DNA from: Nemertoderma westbladi
Lineage: Eukaryota; Animalia; Xenacoelomorpha
DNA: 55,680 nucleotides
Assembly: GCA_032718475.1 (NCBI GenBank)
Contig: JAUCBJ010003409.1
Location: forward strand, 1 to 55,680
Direction: 5' to 3'
In this document: one piece after another, positions 1-12,700 of the stretch
How positions within the stretch are numbered: position 1 is the first letter of the stretch
Layout: every line of letters begins with the position of its first letter
Notes under the pieces: model-generated
Told to the model about the DNA's origin: nothing
Seen by the model: the letters and a program-made list of their open reading frames with translations, nothing else
The model's database searches: none
Made by a program: the position numbers and the translations under genes

Positions 1-11
1 TTAGTACGAAC

Positions 12-89
12 CTGTGTGACGCATATGGGCTTGGGGATCCATGGACCACACCGATTGTGAATCAGGGCTGTAAGCACCGGGATGCATTC
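12..89 (-). CDS. Meis: Meis/homothorax exon, post-homeodomain (G-MHPGAYSPDSQSVWSMDPQAHMRHT-G)
   Basis: Minus-strand acceptor tttgtttgtag| and donor |gttcgt. 78 nt, phase 1-1, in frame with exon 1323-1381. Resembles the Meis GAAYSPEGQPM..DGQQHM segment. The gene continues beyond the window start. Confidence 0.75.
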
Positions 90-1322
90 CTACAAACAAA
101 TAAAAATATAACAATTCGTAAACACGAAGGTTATCCCACTCGGGTAGGAAAAATACAAACTAATAAACATAAACAATAACAATAACAATACGGGAGTACA
201 AACAAATCAACCATAATTGAATTGAATAATTAAATGCACTGTATTTTTAACAATATATAATATAACTATAGCTTTGACTTATTCTTCTTTTTGTTAGTAT
301 TTTTTAACCAGAAATGATTGTAAAATGATGTTCGTCGAATGCAAAATTAATTAGTTGAAGTTAAAAAAATTAAATTTACCTTGAGTTTTACCTGTAAAGT
401 CAGATGCAGTAGCCATTACCGACCCGTACAGTTTGTGCCACACCCCAATCCCAAATCACCCACCCCTCCTCACCAAACACTCAGAAAATCTCCTTGAAAC
501 ACTACAAACCCCTGATCAAATAGAATACATCGCTAAATATTTGAACATGACAGATCTTGGAATAAGTTGGAAAGCTTCATTCCCAGGTGCCGTCACTCAA
601 GAGGGGTTGATGCCAAGTTAGAAATAGGTGCAATGTCAACACAGTGGGAGACACTTACGATGACACTTTAACCTCAGTATATAATAGTGGTCACAAATTT
701 TGGGATTTGGGAGGTGGTAAAACTCTATTAGTTGGACTGTAAAGCAGGTGTTAGCCACTATCGATTCATTTTATCGACTGTTAACGCGGAGAACTGGGTA
801 AACTGGAGTCAAAATGTAGAGGAATTTCGCAGAATATCCAAAAGGGAAAAAGGAAATTAAATACATAGAATTGTTTATGTAGCCTAAATAAACATATAAG
901 TTAGAGAATAATATTGTATGCATGCAACAATATTATCTTCCACAAAATGTTCGCTCAATTAATGTGGTAGATAATAAACTTGTGAGTGATACACCAACAT
1001 ATATTTAGTGTAGGGAGGATAAAAATTATTATATATTAAGTGTAAGAAACAATTCAATAAGTAGGTGGTGTTATGTGCAAAGGTGCCCAAAGTGCAAAGG
1101 GAAATGTGCTGGTATGTCGTGCAGTGCATCGGTCCTGAAGTAAACAACAGGTCGGGGTGAGTGAAGTGCAAACTTGTGCATCAGACACCGAGTCAACCCA
1201 TGCGATATATATACCGTGTTGCCATGGGTCTGTGAGATGTCCTGCCGTGTTCCCCGTTGGAGAGGTCGCTGTAAGGGCTTTGCGTCTTCGTGATTTGAAT
1301 ACTGTGACAACGGGTGACTTAC

Positions 1323-1381
1323 CGGCGCGATTGGTTTGGTCTATCATCGGTTGCACAATTCGGCGTCTCGCATTGATAAAC
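1323..1381 (-). CDS. Meis: Meis/homothorax homeodomain helix-3 exon (W-FINARRRIVQPMIDQTNRA-G)
   Basis: Diagnostic Meis WFINARRRIVQPMIDQ motif. Acceptor ttttttcag| and donor |gtaagt. Phase 2 matches the TG| end of the upstream exon. Confidence 0.95.
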
Positions 1382-3603
1382 CTGAAAAAAAAATAATAAT
1401 AACAGAACGACATTCGGAATCAATATATTTTATACATTAAATAAATAATTGGACTTGTTAAATATTTATTTTAAAATAATTGATATTCATCAACCAGAAG
1501 TGCCCCGTCGTGTGATGTCGAGTTCAGAAGCATGTTGCAGACACAAGGTGATCCGTGTAAGGGGGCTTAAATAAGTATAGGATAGCTAGCTATTTAGTTC
1601 ATTCATTAAATTTAATATCACAACATCAACAAGTACAAAGCTAACAATAGCATATTTAACAATGTATAGTTGTTGACGATATGAAGATACTTTTATAGTG
1701 TCTTTAATGTCTCGAGTTATCGGCGGGAAAAAGACATGCAATGGACCCTAAGTTTAAAGGTAATCATTGGAGTTTAATATCCTTATCAATATACTGTGTG
1801 CGACGGGAAAAAGACATTCATGACGACATTGGGTCGTTACTGACTTACTGCCTTTGTGCGGCGGTCTCATATTTGCTTTTATGGTGAGCGATAAAATAGC
1901 AATACAGAGAGAGATTCACACAATAATAAAAAGGACAGATGCAATCATCGCGAGTCACGACACTGTAATCAAAGCCTTACCTAAGGTATTACTTTAATGT
2001 AATCACAAAAAACCTGTCAGCGTAAACATTTTAGTTACGGGCGATTAATCTCGAGTGGAGATTATCGCACACAAATCGGGTTACCTTAGTTACACTAGGT
2101 CGCGCATACACCATGCGATTTCACGCTCAATATAACACGAGAGGTTGCCAACATTATCAGACAAGTGATATTTGCTACAAAGGGCGATCAAGCAAGTAAG
2201 TCGGGGGGGAGGCCAAAAGGTCAATGGGTTCCACTATTTCGGACCCCACTAATAATACAAGCGAACCATTCTATTCATGCTGGTCCGATATACGCAAACT
2301 CTCAAAGCTGCTTCATATGGAAAGCTTTTAGCAAACAGCACATAGACGGTAAGGCCTCATTGTTGGGGACAGCAGCACTAGAGACGCAACGAGGGGGTAA
2401 TTGTTATATACAACGGGTCCTGGGCTAATAAGCCATGGACTCTCATCCACTTTCCATGTTCTCGGCAGTAAACTTAAGTTGCGATAGCATCTATAGTCGA
2501 CTGGCAAAGAGCTCGATAATGAGTTTTGCGTGCGCGCTAATTTACGCGACTTTTAAGCCACACCACGCACATAGCCTCTAAGGAGTTATTGGCTCACTAT
2601 ACCATTAAGTGCAGGTTCTAAAGACTTACGAATCTATATAGATCTAACAATTTTTTACGCGTAATGCATTGTGGATTAATGTATTCCGCATTTTATAAAA
2701 ATTAGTGTGTTTGACATAATGACACTTTGGAGAGCAGAAGATATTATCTGACTAGTTTAGGCTTCTAAGGTGTCATCGGAGGCGCATGGATGCCACCTGA
2801 GCAGCGGTGTATGGTTTGCGGCGTGGTGCGTGACAGGCCACTGTTCTCCATTATCTACGTACCGGTAGGAGCTGTCATCAACGCCCCTACAATCACCATG
2901 TAATATGTCAAGGTAGATGTCAAAACTAGTTACACATATTAGATGCTACCGGTGTTCCTTAATGCTGCCATACTGCCCTGCTGCGCTCGGCACTGCTATT
3001 AATTAAACTTAAACACAAACTCATCAGGTTACAATTACTCTGCGCAACATATCTCATTTTAATGCACATCTTCCTAAAAAAGTTGCTTCCTTCTTAGAAA
3101 TTACAGATCTAACGAAAATGATGACGTGTTGATTAAAATTGAGAAAAATAATCAATCGTGGTTGAATATAATTTTCTTGAAATGGTGGAAGATACGAGGT
3201 GAAAACAAAATTAAAGACCAGTTCATGTGGACTATATGCAAATGTCAAGTTTAACCCTATCCTAAATGTTTGCTCATGCATTGGCGTAAATTTGCAGGTA
3301 GTTCATCATAATGATAATAATAATTAATAAGACTGACAGACATACGGACGAATATCCAAAATCATACATTCTTAAAGAATCAAAATTACCAAAAATCTAG
3401 TGTTCTAATTAATTCTCCCTCGTCTATTTAGGTTCGACAATTTAAATTAAATTTAATTTAAAATTAATAAATTTAAATTTTTAACAAGTATACATCATGG
3501 CGTTTTCTCATTTTTCATATTCCAAAACCACCAATCTCCCTGCGACCTGTCTACGAAATTATAAGTTTGTTTAGTAGACAGTGCAGATACGTTCCCGACA
3601 CCA

Positions 3604-4287
3604 TTACAGTTCGCTCAAAGAAACATTACTTTCACTATCCAGATTAACGTGTTCGCAGCCAACCGCAGCATAGCTCAGTTCTAATGGTTCATCCCATTCA
3701 CTCCAGTAACGGGCGCATACTTCCTCAATGCTGATATCCGGGTGTAGGTAAGTCTCCAAGCCTTCAGAAAAATGGACGAAGAACTGAAAAGCAGCAGGAC
3801 TTCCACCAAGGTAAAACGACAAAAGGTTGATAGTGGCTGAGGCCGGGAGACTCAGGTATCTCACCTTGTCCTTGAACATGCGTGATTTATCAACAAGGGT
3901 GACAAATATGTTCTTTGCTGAATCTTGGTTCACATTAAAAACTAAATCGTCGCTTTTCTTATAACACAAATCGCTGCTGTTATCTACCTGAGTCGCTTCG
4001 TGTTCATCATTGCCATCGACAGTCTCCCGCTCCCGCTTGTTAGGGTAAACTTTAGCTACCAGGATGTGAAAGTAGGGATCAAGTTGAATGGAAGATTTCG
4101 ATAGTTTAATGCGACAAACAGGGCAGATGCGCTCTCCGATTCCGAGAGACTTAGTTAAACATTCGTTAGAAAAGCGGTGTAGCTGGAGACAGTCAAGGGT
4201 TGTGGATTGAGTGAGTAAATTCAGACATATGGAACAAATTTGATTGCCGTTTCTACCGGTACCGGTACCTGTCACCCTGGTGTTCAT
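3604..4287 (-). CDS. Intronless RING1/RNF2 (Sce)-like protein with N-terminal RING and C-terminal RAWUL domain; divergent, probable retrocopy
   Basis: 227-aa ATG-to-stop ORF. CSICLNLL..DCLQLHRFSNECLTKSL..GERICPVCRIKLSKSSIQLDPYFHILVAKVYP matches RING1-type [52 protein letters not shown]. C-terminal RYLSLPASATINLLSFYL...SIEEVCARYW..EPLELSYA matches RAWUL RY..T.NATVDHLSKYL...TLELVNEKYW...PMELYYA. Confidence 0.8.
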   Translation of the reverse strand: MNTRVTGTGTGRNGNQICSICLNLLTQSTTLDCLQLHRFSNECLTKSLGIGERICPVCRIKLSKSSIQLDPYFHILVAKVYPNKRERETVDGNDEHEATQVDNSSDLCYKKSDDLVFNVNQDSAKNIFVTLVDKSRMFKDKVRYLSLPASATINLLSFYLGGSPAAFQFFVHFSEGLETYLHPDISIEEVCARYWSEWDEPLELSYAAVGCEHVNLDSESNVSLSEL

Positions 4288-6070
4288 GATCTTAAGGCCT
4301 AATTAGGCCTAATCGCCACCGGTAACCCTAATTCATACCAATTGAACCGGTACCGACAGCAGTAAGACGACCAATGTACCGGTACCGGTACTTTACTTTT
4401 TTATTACCGCTATTACTTTCAATTTGGATCAATAAATGGGAACCAAGGCAACTTGGGAAACAGAGTGAAAGGGTTTACTGTGGAAGATAACTCATGTTGG
4501 TGGACAGGCATCCCTTAGCACTTAGCCTAACGAGCCTAAAAGATTCTCCCATTCATTAATTCAAATCAATTAGAATATCGATCATTAACTTTCAGTGACT
4601 TAAGAATCTGCAAAATTAATACCATAACCATCCATATTATATACATTTAGTGGTTGTAACGTGTTGGCTATACTAACAAAGTATACCTTCTATATACCGG
4701 GGTATTAAAGTGCACCACGAGAGAACTTATCGAGGCATTAGTGCTTTATCTAAGGAGACAATGGGATCAGGATACGCCACGTTAAATCTCATTTTTTTTC
4801 TGAGGATCAAGAGATTATGAGGCATAGCAGCAGCGGGGTCATTAAATGTACCCCACTACCGGTAACACAGAAACCAACATCTACTTATAGTTAACGAAAC
4901 TAGAGACGCGCGCGAATCCAATATCTTAATCCCATTTGCATTCTCCGTAATAGCCTAATTAAGGCCCTGTCGAGGGGAAACAGAGTTTAATGTTGAACTG
5001 GACTAGAAACGAACCCTCTCCTGGGGCCCTTCGTGTATACCAATAGCTACAACCTTCATAACATACTGCATTTACTGAAGATGCCAGCTTATTAATCTGC
5101 TACTCAATTTTGATTAGCGTCTTTAGCGCGTGTATTGGATAGAATACTGTTAGTGAGTTAGTTTGTGTGCAGTTCTGTAGTAGGTCCCAGATGGCTACTA
5201 CTGCCGTGGTTTTGTATGCGGTTCACATTGGCTGAAGTAATTAAGTCCTTATCAGGAGGCACACAGAGACCCTATTTAGTTAGCAGTTGGTTGAGAAAAC
5301 AAACTCACTGGAAAAACACAATCTCAACTCCATTTCAACGCGCTTTGAGAAAAGGGGTTTTAAGATGATTAAACCCAGAAATAATTATGTTAAAGGAGCC
5401 TTTGGGAGTTTACGGTAGTGTTGGGGTGCTTGTGAGTAATAATGAGGGCCCAAAGCAAACAGCACTGCTAAGTCGCTAAGTGGCTACTCCAATAAGCAAA
5501 GTAACAGATATAATGCATTACATTAATATTGATAGAACTTTATCTCCAAACATCCACATTTTTTCCAATTTGGTTTTATTACTAGACGCATTTTTTTATC
5601 CAAAATTACTAAGCGTTTTAACTTATTAGAGTTACCGGTCCAGTCATTACGTTAACCAATAAAGTGTCGTGGGTTTTTTATCTATTTGTTATTACTAAGT
5701 TGAGTCACAAAAGAATTCACAATACATGATAAAAATAATACACAAAAGATATACTGGTAATGCAAATTAATCATAAGCTTGCTATTAATATAATTATGCA
5801 GCCGACTCGCCAATGATAGTATCTTTGGATACCTGGATAGTTGCGTTTACGAAACAAAGTTATAATAGAACGGCTCTTCGTCGCTAAAACTCGCGATCGG
5901 TAGTTAAATAGCGGGAGAGATGGGAGGTAAACCTACAGCCGACAATATTAATTAAACCTAATTAATGCGGATCATCAGTAGAGAGAAAGGAACGGGTTAG
6001 TGTGGAAGGCTATTCTAACCAAAACAATATACGAGAGTGGGTCAAGAGTTCGGCTTCGCGGTTACACCCG

Positions 6071-6685
6071 GTACGGAAGCCCATGTCGTGCGCAAACTTC
6101 CATGTCAAACGCGCAAACGTTATGCCATTTCAGTGTAGAAACATTTGCGCGCGCGACATGAAAGTTTGCGCGCACGACATGGAAGTTTGCGCGCGCGACA
6201 TGGAAGTTTGCGCGCGCGACATGGTGAAGCCCGTAACGGCCAAGTCGCTCGCAAACTTAATGAATTTTTTGAATTTTGCCTGGGCGGGAAATTAGAATTT
6301 ACATGTCCTACTGTTTGACTGTAATGCGAACCCCTGAACAGGAATAGGCCTGCTATAGCCGTATAGGCTATCTGCTACTCTCACACTGACTGTACAACAA
6401 TACCTTACACTGCAGCACTGCTAAGCTACTGCTAGTCTGTCAGTATGTCAGATACTCAATCTGCTGAACTGTATTCCTCCTGCATTACTAACAGCTGAAC
6501 AGTCAAACAGTAGGTCACATAAATTCAAATTTCCCGCCCAGACATTATTCAAAAAATTACATAAAGTTTGCGCGCGACTTGGCCGTTATGGCACGCGCAA
6601 ACTTCCATGTCGCGCGCGCAAACTCCCAAGTCGCGCGCGCAAGATGGACGTTTGCGCGCGACATGGCCGTTATGGGCTTCCGTAC
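6071..6685. mobile_element. MITE with long terminal inverted repeats containing 21-bp GC-rich subrepeats
   Basis: Termini gtacggaagcccat...atgggcttccgtac. Inverted similarity extends inward (gggcgggaaatt/aatttcccgccc; ctactgtttgactg/cagtcaaacagtag). Subrepeat gcgcgcgacatggaagtttgc. Flanking direct repeat ACCCG (TACACCCG if allowed to overlap the TIR). Confidence 0.75.
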
Positions 6686-6983
6686 ACCCGAGAAATGGCA
6701 CTTATGCAGAGCTGGACAGTACAGTCTGCATTCTGCTCTGCAGTATCTCAGACATAGAGGGATGCTGCGGCTCCTATAAGTTGGTATAAATAATAAATGC
6801 TTTGACAGTGAGGAGAAAGTAAATATTGATTAGTATAACTTTATTTGTAATTATAGTTTTAGTTTTTATACACATACAATCACGTTCCAGTTACATACTA
6901 CAGTAAAGGGCCTCCCTTACAACGTTGGTATACAGCTGCTTTTAACCTTAGTGAGCTGTAATAATGGATACAAAATAACTTAC

Positions 6984-7060
6984 CAGTTATTCACTTGCAG
7001 GATAGTTAGTCCAGTGTCGTTTGATAATTGTTTCTTTTGTTCCTCGGAGGGATATGGGTG
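6984..7060 (-). CDS. Meis: Meis/homothorax homeodomain exon ([26 protein letters not shown])
   Basis: TALE HPYP loop. Acceptor tatttcag| and donor TG|gtaagt. 77 nt. Confidence 0.95.
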
Positions 7061-7524
7061 CTGAAATACAAAGATTATCAAATACCTTAATAAGACTTTC
7101 AGCTATATGCATCAATATAAATATATACATAATTAAACATAATTCGTCAAATTATTTTACAACAAATTAAACATAAACAAAAATAAATTGACTAACATTG
7201 AATTCAACCTATAAAAATTTAACCTAAATCAAATCCAAGATATCCCAAATTAGACCTATAAAAACATTACAATATTATATATCACTACAAAGTAAATAAC
7301 CATATACAAAAATTAAACCTATGATGGTAAATAAAATGTTAAAACTTGCACCTATAACCTATTAAACCTATATAAATCCGAAACTGAAACTAAATTAAAA
7401 AACATTAAACCAAACATATTAACCACAGGGAAGATCAACCTGTTCATGTTTTTTTCACTTTGCTGTTTCTGGGTCTGTGGGATTTGCACCGTAAGCCAGT
7501 CCAGGACAGTACTGACTGACTTAC

Positions 7525-7778
7525 CTGGAGATGTTGAAACAGCCAGGCCCGCATAATATTAGTGGCGACCTTCGGAAAAATACCGCGTTTCTTCTGCTGT
7601 CCGGCGAGTTTCTTGGTGTCAATATCGTCATCATCAGGGGAACCAAGGATGTTGTTATTGTTGTTATGGTTACCGTTGTCCGGGGTGTCCGGAGTCGCAT
7701 GTAGTCCGGAATCCGGTGGAGAGAGATGGGGAGTCATTGACTCGTCCGGACTATGCCGGTTGATTGATCCGTCATCAT
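7525..7778 (-). CDS. Meis: Meis/homothorax exon, linker plus homeodomain helix 1 (..[24 protein letters not shown])
   Basis: Diagnostic Meis [22 protein letters not shown]. Acceptor ttttcgttag| and donor CAG|gtaagt. Confidence 0.93.
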
Positions 7779-8020
7779 CTAACGAAAACATTCGGTTAAA
7801 GAGAACCAAGGACAATACAGACTATTCGACATATAGACGAACATACACACAACCACACAGAAGACAATACAGTCGAAACGACCAATGAAATGATCAATGA
7901 AACAACCGTGAAACTTTCAAAACTCGTCTTTAATCTATTGATAAATGAAATTCGGAGTAGTGTCTGCAGATTGTACGCCTTGTACACTAAATAGTGGATT
8001 TACTGTAAGATTCTTATTAC

Positions 8021-11000
8021 AATACGGTAGTACCTGGTGCTTAGGCACTCAATACTACGGTAGTGCCTGGTGCCTAGGCACTCAATACTACGGTAGTGCC
8101 TGGTGCCTAGGCACTCAATACTACGGTAGTGCCTGGTGCCTAGGCACTCAATATTACGGTAGTACCGGGTGCCTAGGCACTCAATATTACGGTAGTACCT
8201 GGTGCTTAGGCACTCAATACTACGGTAGTGCCTGGTGCCTAGGCACTCAATACTACGGTAGTGCCTGGTGCCTAGGCACTCAATACTACGGTAGTGCCTG
8301 GTGCCTAGGCACTCAATATTACGGTAGTACCGGGTGCCTAGGCACTCAATATTACGGTAGTACCTGGTGCTTAGGCACTCAATACTACGGTAGTGCCTAG
8401 GCACTCAATACTACGGTAGTGCCTGGTGCCTAGGCACTCAATACTACGGTAGTGCCTGGTGCCTAGGCACTCAATATTACGGTAGTACCGGGTGCCTAGG
8501 CACTCAATATTACGGTAGTACCTGGTGCTTAGGCACTCAATACTACGGTAGTGCCTGGTGCCTAGGCACTCAATACTACGGTAGTGCATGGTGCCTAGGC
8601 ACTCAATACTACGGTAGTGCCTGGTGCCTAGGCACTCAATATTACGGTAGTACCGGGTGCCTAGGCACTCAATATTACGGTAGTACCTGGTGCTTAGGCA
8701 CTCAATACTACGGTAGTGCCTGGTGCCTAGGCACTCAATACTACGGTAGTGCCTGGTGCCTAGGCACTCAATACTACGGTAGTGCCTGGTGCCTAGGCAC
8801 TCAATATTACGGTAGTACCGGGTGCCTAGGCACTCAATATTACGGTAGTACCTGGTGCTTAGGCACTCAATACTACGGTAGTGCCTGGTGCCTAGGCACT
8901 CAATACTACGGTAGTGCCTGGTGCCTAGGTACTCAATACTACGGTAGTGCCTGGTGCCTAGGCACTCAATATTACGGTAGTACCGGGTGCCTAGGCACTC
9001 AATATTACGGTAGTACCTGGTGCTTAGGCACTCAATACTACGGTAGAACCTGGTGCCTAGGCACTCAATACTTCTGTAGAACATCGTGCTAGGCACTAAA
9101 TACTACGGTAGTACCTTGTGCCTAGGCACTCAATACTTCGGTAGTACCTGGTGCCTAGGCACTCAATACTACGTTAGTACCTGGTGCCTAGGCACTCAAT
9201 AGTTCGGTAGAATCTGGTGTCTAGGCACTCAATAGTTCGGTAGAACCTGGTGCCTAGGCACTCAATACTTCGGTAGAACCTGGTGCCTAGGCCCTCAATA
9301 GTTCGGTAGAACCTGGTGCCTAGGCACTTAATACTACGGTAGTACCTGGTGCCTAGCCACTCAATAGTTCGGTAGAACCAGGTGCCTAAGCACTCAATAC
9401 TTCGGAATAACCTGGTGCCTAGGCACTCAATACTACGGTAGTACCTGGTGCCTAGGCACTCAATACTACGGTATAACATGGTGCCTAGGCACTCAATACT
9501 TCGGTAGAACATGGTGCCTAGGCACTCAATACTACGGCAGTACCTGGTGCCTAGGCACTCAATACTACGGTAGTACCGGGTGCTTAGTCACTCAATACTT
9601 CGGTAGAACCTGGTGCTTAGGCACTCAATACTACGGTAGTACCTGGTGCCTTGGCACTCAATACTACGGTAGTACCTGGTGCTTAGGCACTCAATACTAC
9701 GGCAGTACATGGGGCCTAGGCACTCAATACTACGGTTGTACCTGGTGCTTAGGCACTCAATACTACGGTAGTACCTGGTGCTTAGGCACTCAATACTACG
9801 GTAGTACCTGGTGCCTAGGCACTCAATACTACGGTAGTACCTGGTGCCTAGGCACTCAATACTACGGTAGAACATGGTGCCTAGGCACTCAATACTTCGG
9901 TAGAACATGGTGCCTAGGCACTCAATACTATGGCAGTACCTGATGCCTAGGCACTCAATACTTCGAAAGAACATGGTGTCTAGGCACTCAATACTACGGT
10001 AGTACCTGGTGCCTAGACACTCAATACTTCGGTAGAACTTGGTGTCTAGGCACTCAATACTTCGATAGAATATGGTGCCTAGGCACCCAATACTTCGGTA
10101 GAACATGGTGCCTAGGCAATCAACACTACGGTAGTACCTGGTGCCTAGGCACTCAATACTTCGGTAGAACCTGGTGCCTAGGCACTCAATACTTCGGTAG
10201 AACATGGTGCCTAGACACTCAATACTACAGCAGTACCTGGTGCCTAGGCACTCAATACTTCCATAGAACATGGTGCCTAGGCACTCAATACTTCGATAGA
10301 ACATGGTGCCTAGGCACTCAATACTACGGTAGAACTTGGTGCCCAGGCACTCAATACTACGGTAGTACCTGGTGCCTAGGCACGCAATACTTCGGTAGAA
10401 CCTGGTGCCTAGGCACTCAATACTACGGTAGTACCGGGTGCTTAGTCACTCAATACTTCGGTAGAACCTGGTGCTTAGGCACTCAATGCTTCGGTAGAAT
10501 CTGGTGCATAGGCACTCAATACTACGGTAGTACCTGGTGCCTAGGCACTCAATACTACGGCAGTACATGTTGCCTAGGCACTCAACACTACGGTAGTACC
10601 TGGTGCCTAGGCACTCAATACTTCGATAGAACATGGTGCCTAGGCACACAATACTACAGCAGTACCTGGTGCCTAGGCACTCAACACTACGGTAGTACCT
10701 GGTGCCTAGGCACTCAATACTTCGGTAGAACATGGTGCCTAGGCACTCAATACTACGGCAGTACCTGGTGCCTACGCACTCAACACTACGGTAGTACCTG
10801 GTGCCTAGGCACTCAATGCTTCGGTAGAATCTGGTGCCTAGGCACTCAATACTACGGCAGTACCTGGTGCCTACGCACTCAACACTACGGTAGTACCTGG
10901 TGCCTAGGCACTCAATGCTTCGGTAGAATCTGGTGCCTAGGTACTCAATACTACGGCAGTACCTGGTGCCTAGGCACTCAATATTACGGTAGTACCTGGT

Positions 11001-11110
11001 GCCTAGGCACTCAATACTACGGTAGTACCTGGTGCTTAGGCACTCAATACTACAATGGTACCTGCTGCCTAGGCTGATAATACTTCTGTATTACCAGGTG
11101 CCTCGGCACT
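8021..11110. repeat. 33-bp minisatellite (ggtgcctaggcactcaatactacggtagtacct), ~93 copies, with a 5-unit higher-order repeat at the left end
   Basis: Directly visible. The unit contains palindrome gtgcctaggcac and hairpin tactac-g-gtagta. Copies diverge toward the right. Confidence 0.97.
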
Positions 11111-11287
11111 TGGCGACCCGGCACTAAGTATTACAGTAAGTACAACATGCCTAGGCATGAGGTATTAACCATAGTATTAACCGCATAGGAAAGTGGTACT
11201 AACTAGCGGCAACAGTCTAGCTTTTCTTCCTAATTATTTCGCTTCGTCCCGTCAAAAATATAACTGTAACCTGAGTTATTGAGATAC

Positions 11288-11380
11288 TAACACGGGATCC
11301 CGAGATAGTAACTCGGGATCCCGAGATAGTAACTCGGGATCCCGAGATAGTAACTCGGGATCCCGAGATAATAAATCGGG
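11288..11380. repeat. 21-bp tandem repeat (taactcgggatcccgagatag), ~4 copies
   Basis: Directly visible. Core palindrome ctcgggatcccgag. Confidence 0.9.
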
Positions 11381-12029
11381 ATAAATAATGCGGGACATTG
11401 TGATGTAATATTCGCAGCAGAATGACTACATATTATTGATTTGTTGGTAGTGTAGCTGTAAATTCTTTCTAGCGCTCTAATACATAAGCCTGTTTTAGGA
11501 TCAAAAGTAATATAAAAAAAACAGTAACTTTGTTGGCAATTACAGTTTATCGGAAGGAAACAGTGATTTATGGATGTAATAGGTTTTTGTCAAAGAATGT
11601 TAATTCGCGGGTGCTTAGTGTAGGAGACAGTGTGTCTAGATTGGAGATTCAGGATTTCCAAAGAGCCATTCGTAGTATAATGTAGGTTCACTCACTCCAT
11701 CCCTATGTCAAGACAGGGCAATTTCTAGACTGGACAGGAAGACATATTCTCGTAAAACTGCTCCATTTATGGTCATAAAATCAACAATTCTAGTTACACG
11801 CAGCCAAAATTTTTTTAACAAAGCCAATTACAGGCGTTAGTAAAAAATCAACAGCACTGCAAAGGTATTTAAAAGGAGGCGACGTGTAAATAAATTACAA
11901 AATGAGTGAAAAATATCAAATATAATTTTATGATTCCTGTTGCGGTCGAAATAATATTTTTTGAATACGCAAAAATGAATTGCGGGTCTAACACAAAACA
12001 TTTTTGGGAAATTAAGACGCCATAATTTT

Positions 12030-12700
12030 CATATGATTGAATATTTTATGAAAGGGGGAAGGAAACACGGTAACTGTACTGGACGAGTGTCCGCTATCGA
12101 ACACAGAATATTACTTAATATACCCAATCTTAGGAGTAGCCGATCGGAAAAGGAAGCCGGTTTCGATAAGGAGTTGCTAGTGTATTTGTTTTATATACAG
12201 GGCTTGGTGTTCCGCGGGAACGAAAAGTTCGTGGGCCATTACCACTCGCAAATCAACCATCTCGAGATAAAATGCGTCGATTATCAGTGATTGACACTCC
12301 AGACGGCATAAGAGAAGGGCTTCCTGCCCTTTTGTTACGCAGTTTTTGCCGCAAATAGAAATAAGTTATCAGAAACAGACTGGGAAAGTGTTGGAGCAAT
12401 TTGGGGAAATTAAGCTGCGTGCAGATACCTCAGAAATATTCGCAAAAAAACTCAACGTCATACACGTTGGTGTTGATATACAAATTCAACCACTTGAATC
12501 TTAATACTGCAGTTATGCGCGGCGTAATTATTTCCTGAAGACATGAACATCAACAAAATATAACGAGCTGATATTTCAACAAGAAAGAGAGTCCTGTATA
12601 ATTAAGTTAAAACAGGAATGGGAGACCAACAATCTTTTCGAACCAGTAAAAAAATCCATAACAAAAATCGACGTGAACTTCCGAGGATATGACATGTAGG
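12030..12700 (+). pseudogene. Possible decayed hAT-type transposase remnant
   Basis: LFYIQGLVFRGNEK resembles the hAT/ZMYM QGLAFRGHDE motif, and FNHLNL near 12485 resembles hAT LNxLNLxLQ. No long ORF; boundaries are approximate. Confidence 0.3.

Noticed and set aside
7945-10733. Cys/Tyr-rich repeat ORFs on both strands
   Set aside because: By-product of a 33-bp (multiple of 3) minisatellite, with no unique coding flanks.
8021-11160. 33-bp array as a third amplified splice donor (CCAG|GTACTA on minus)
   Set aside because: No recognisable Meis exon at the upstream edge of the array. The motif is weak and explained by the palindromic unit.
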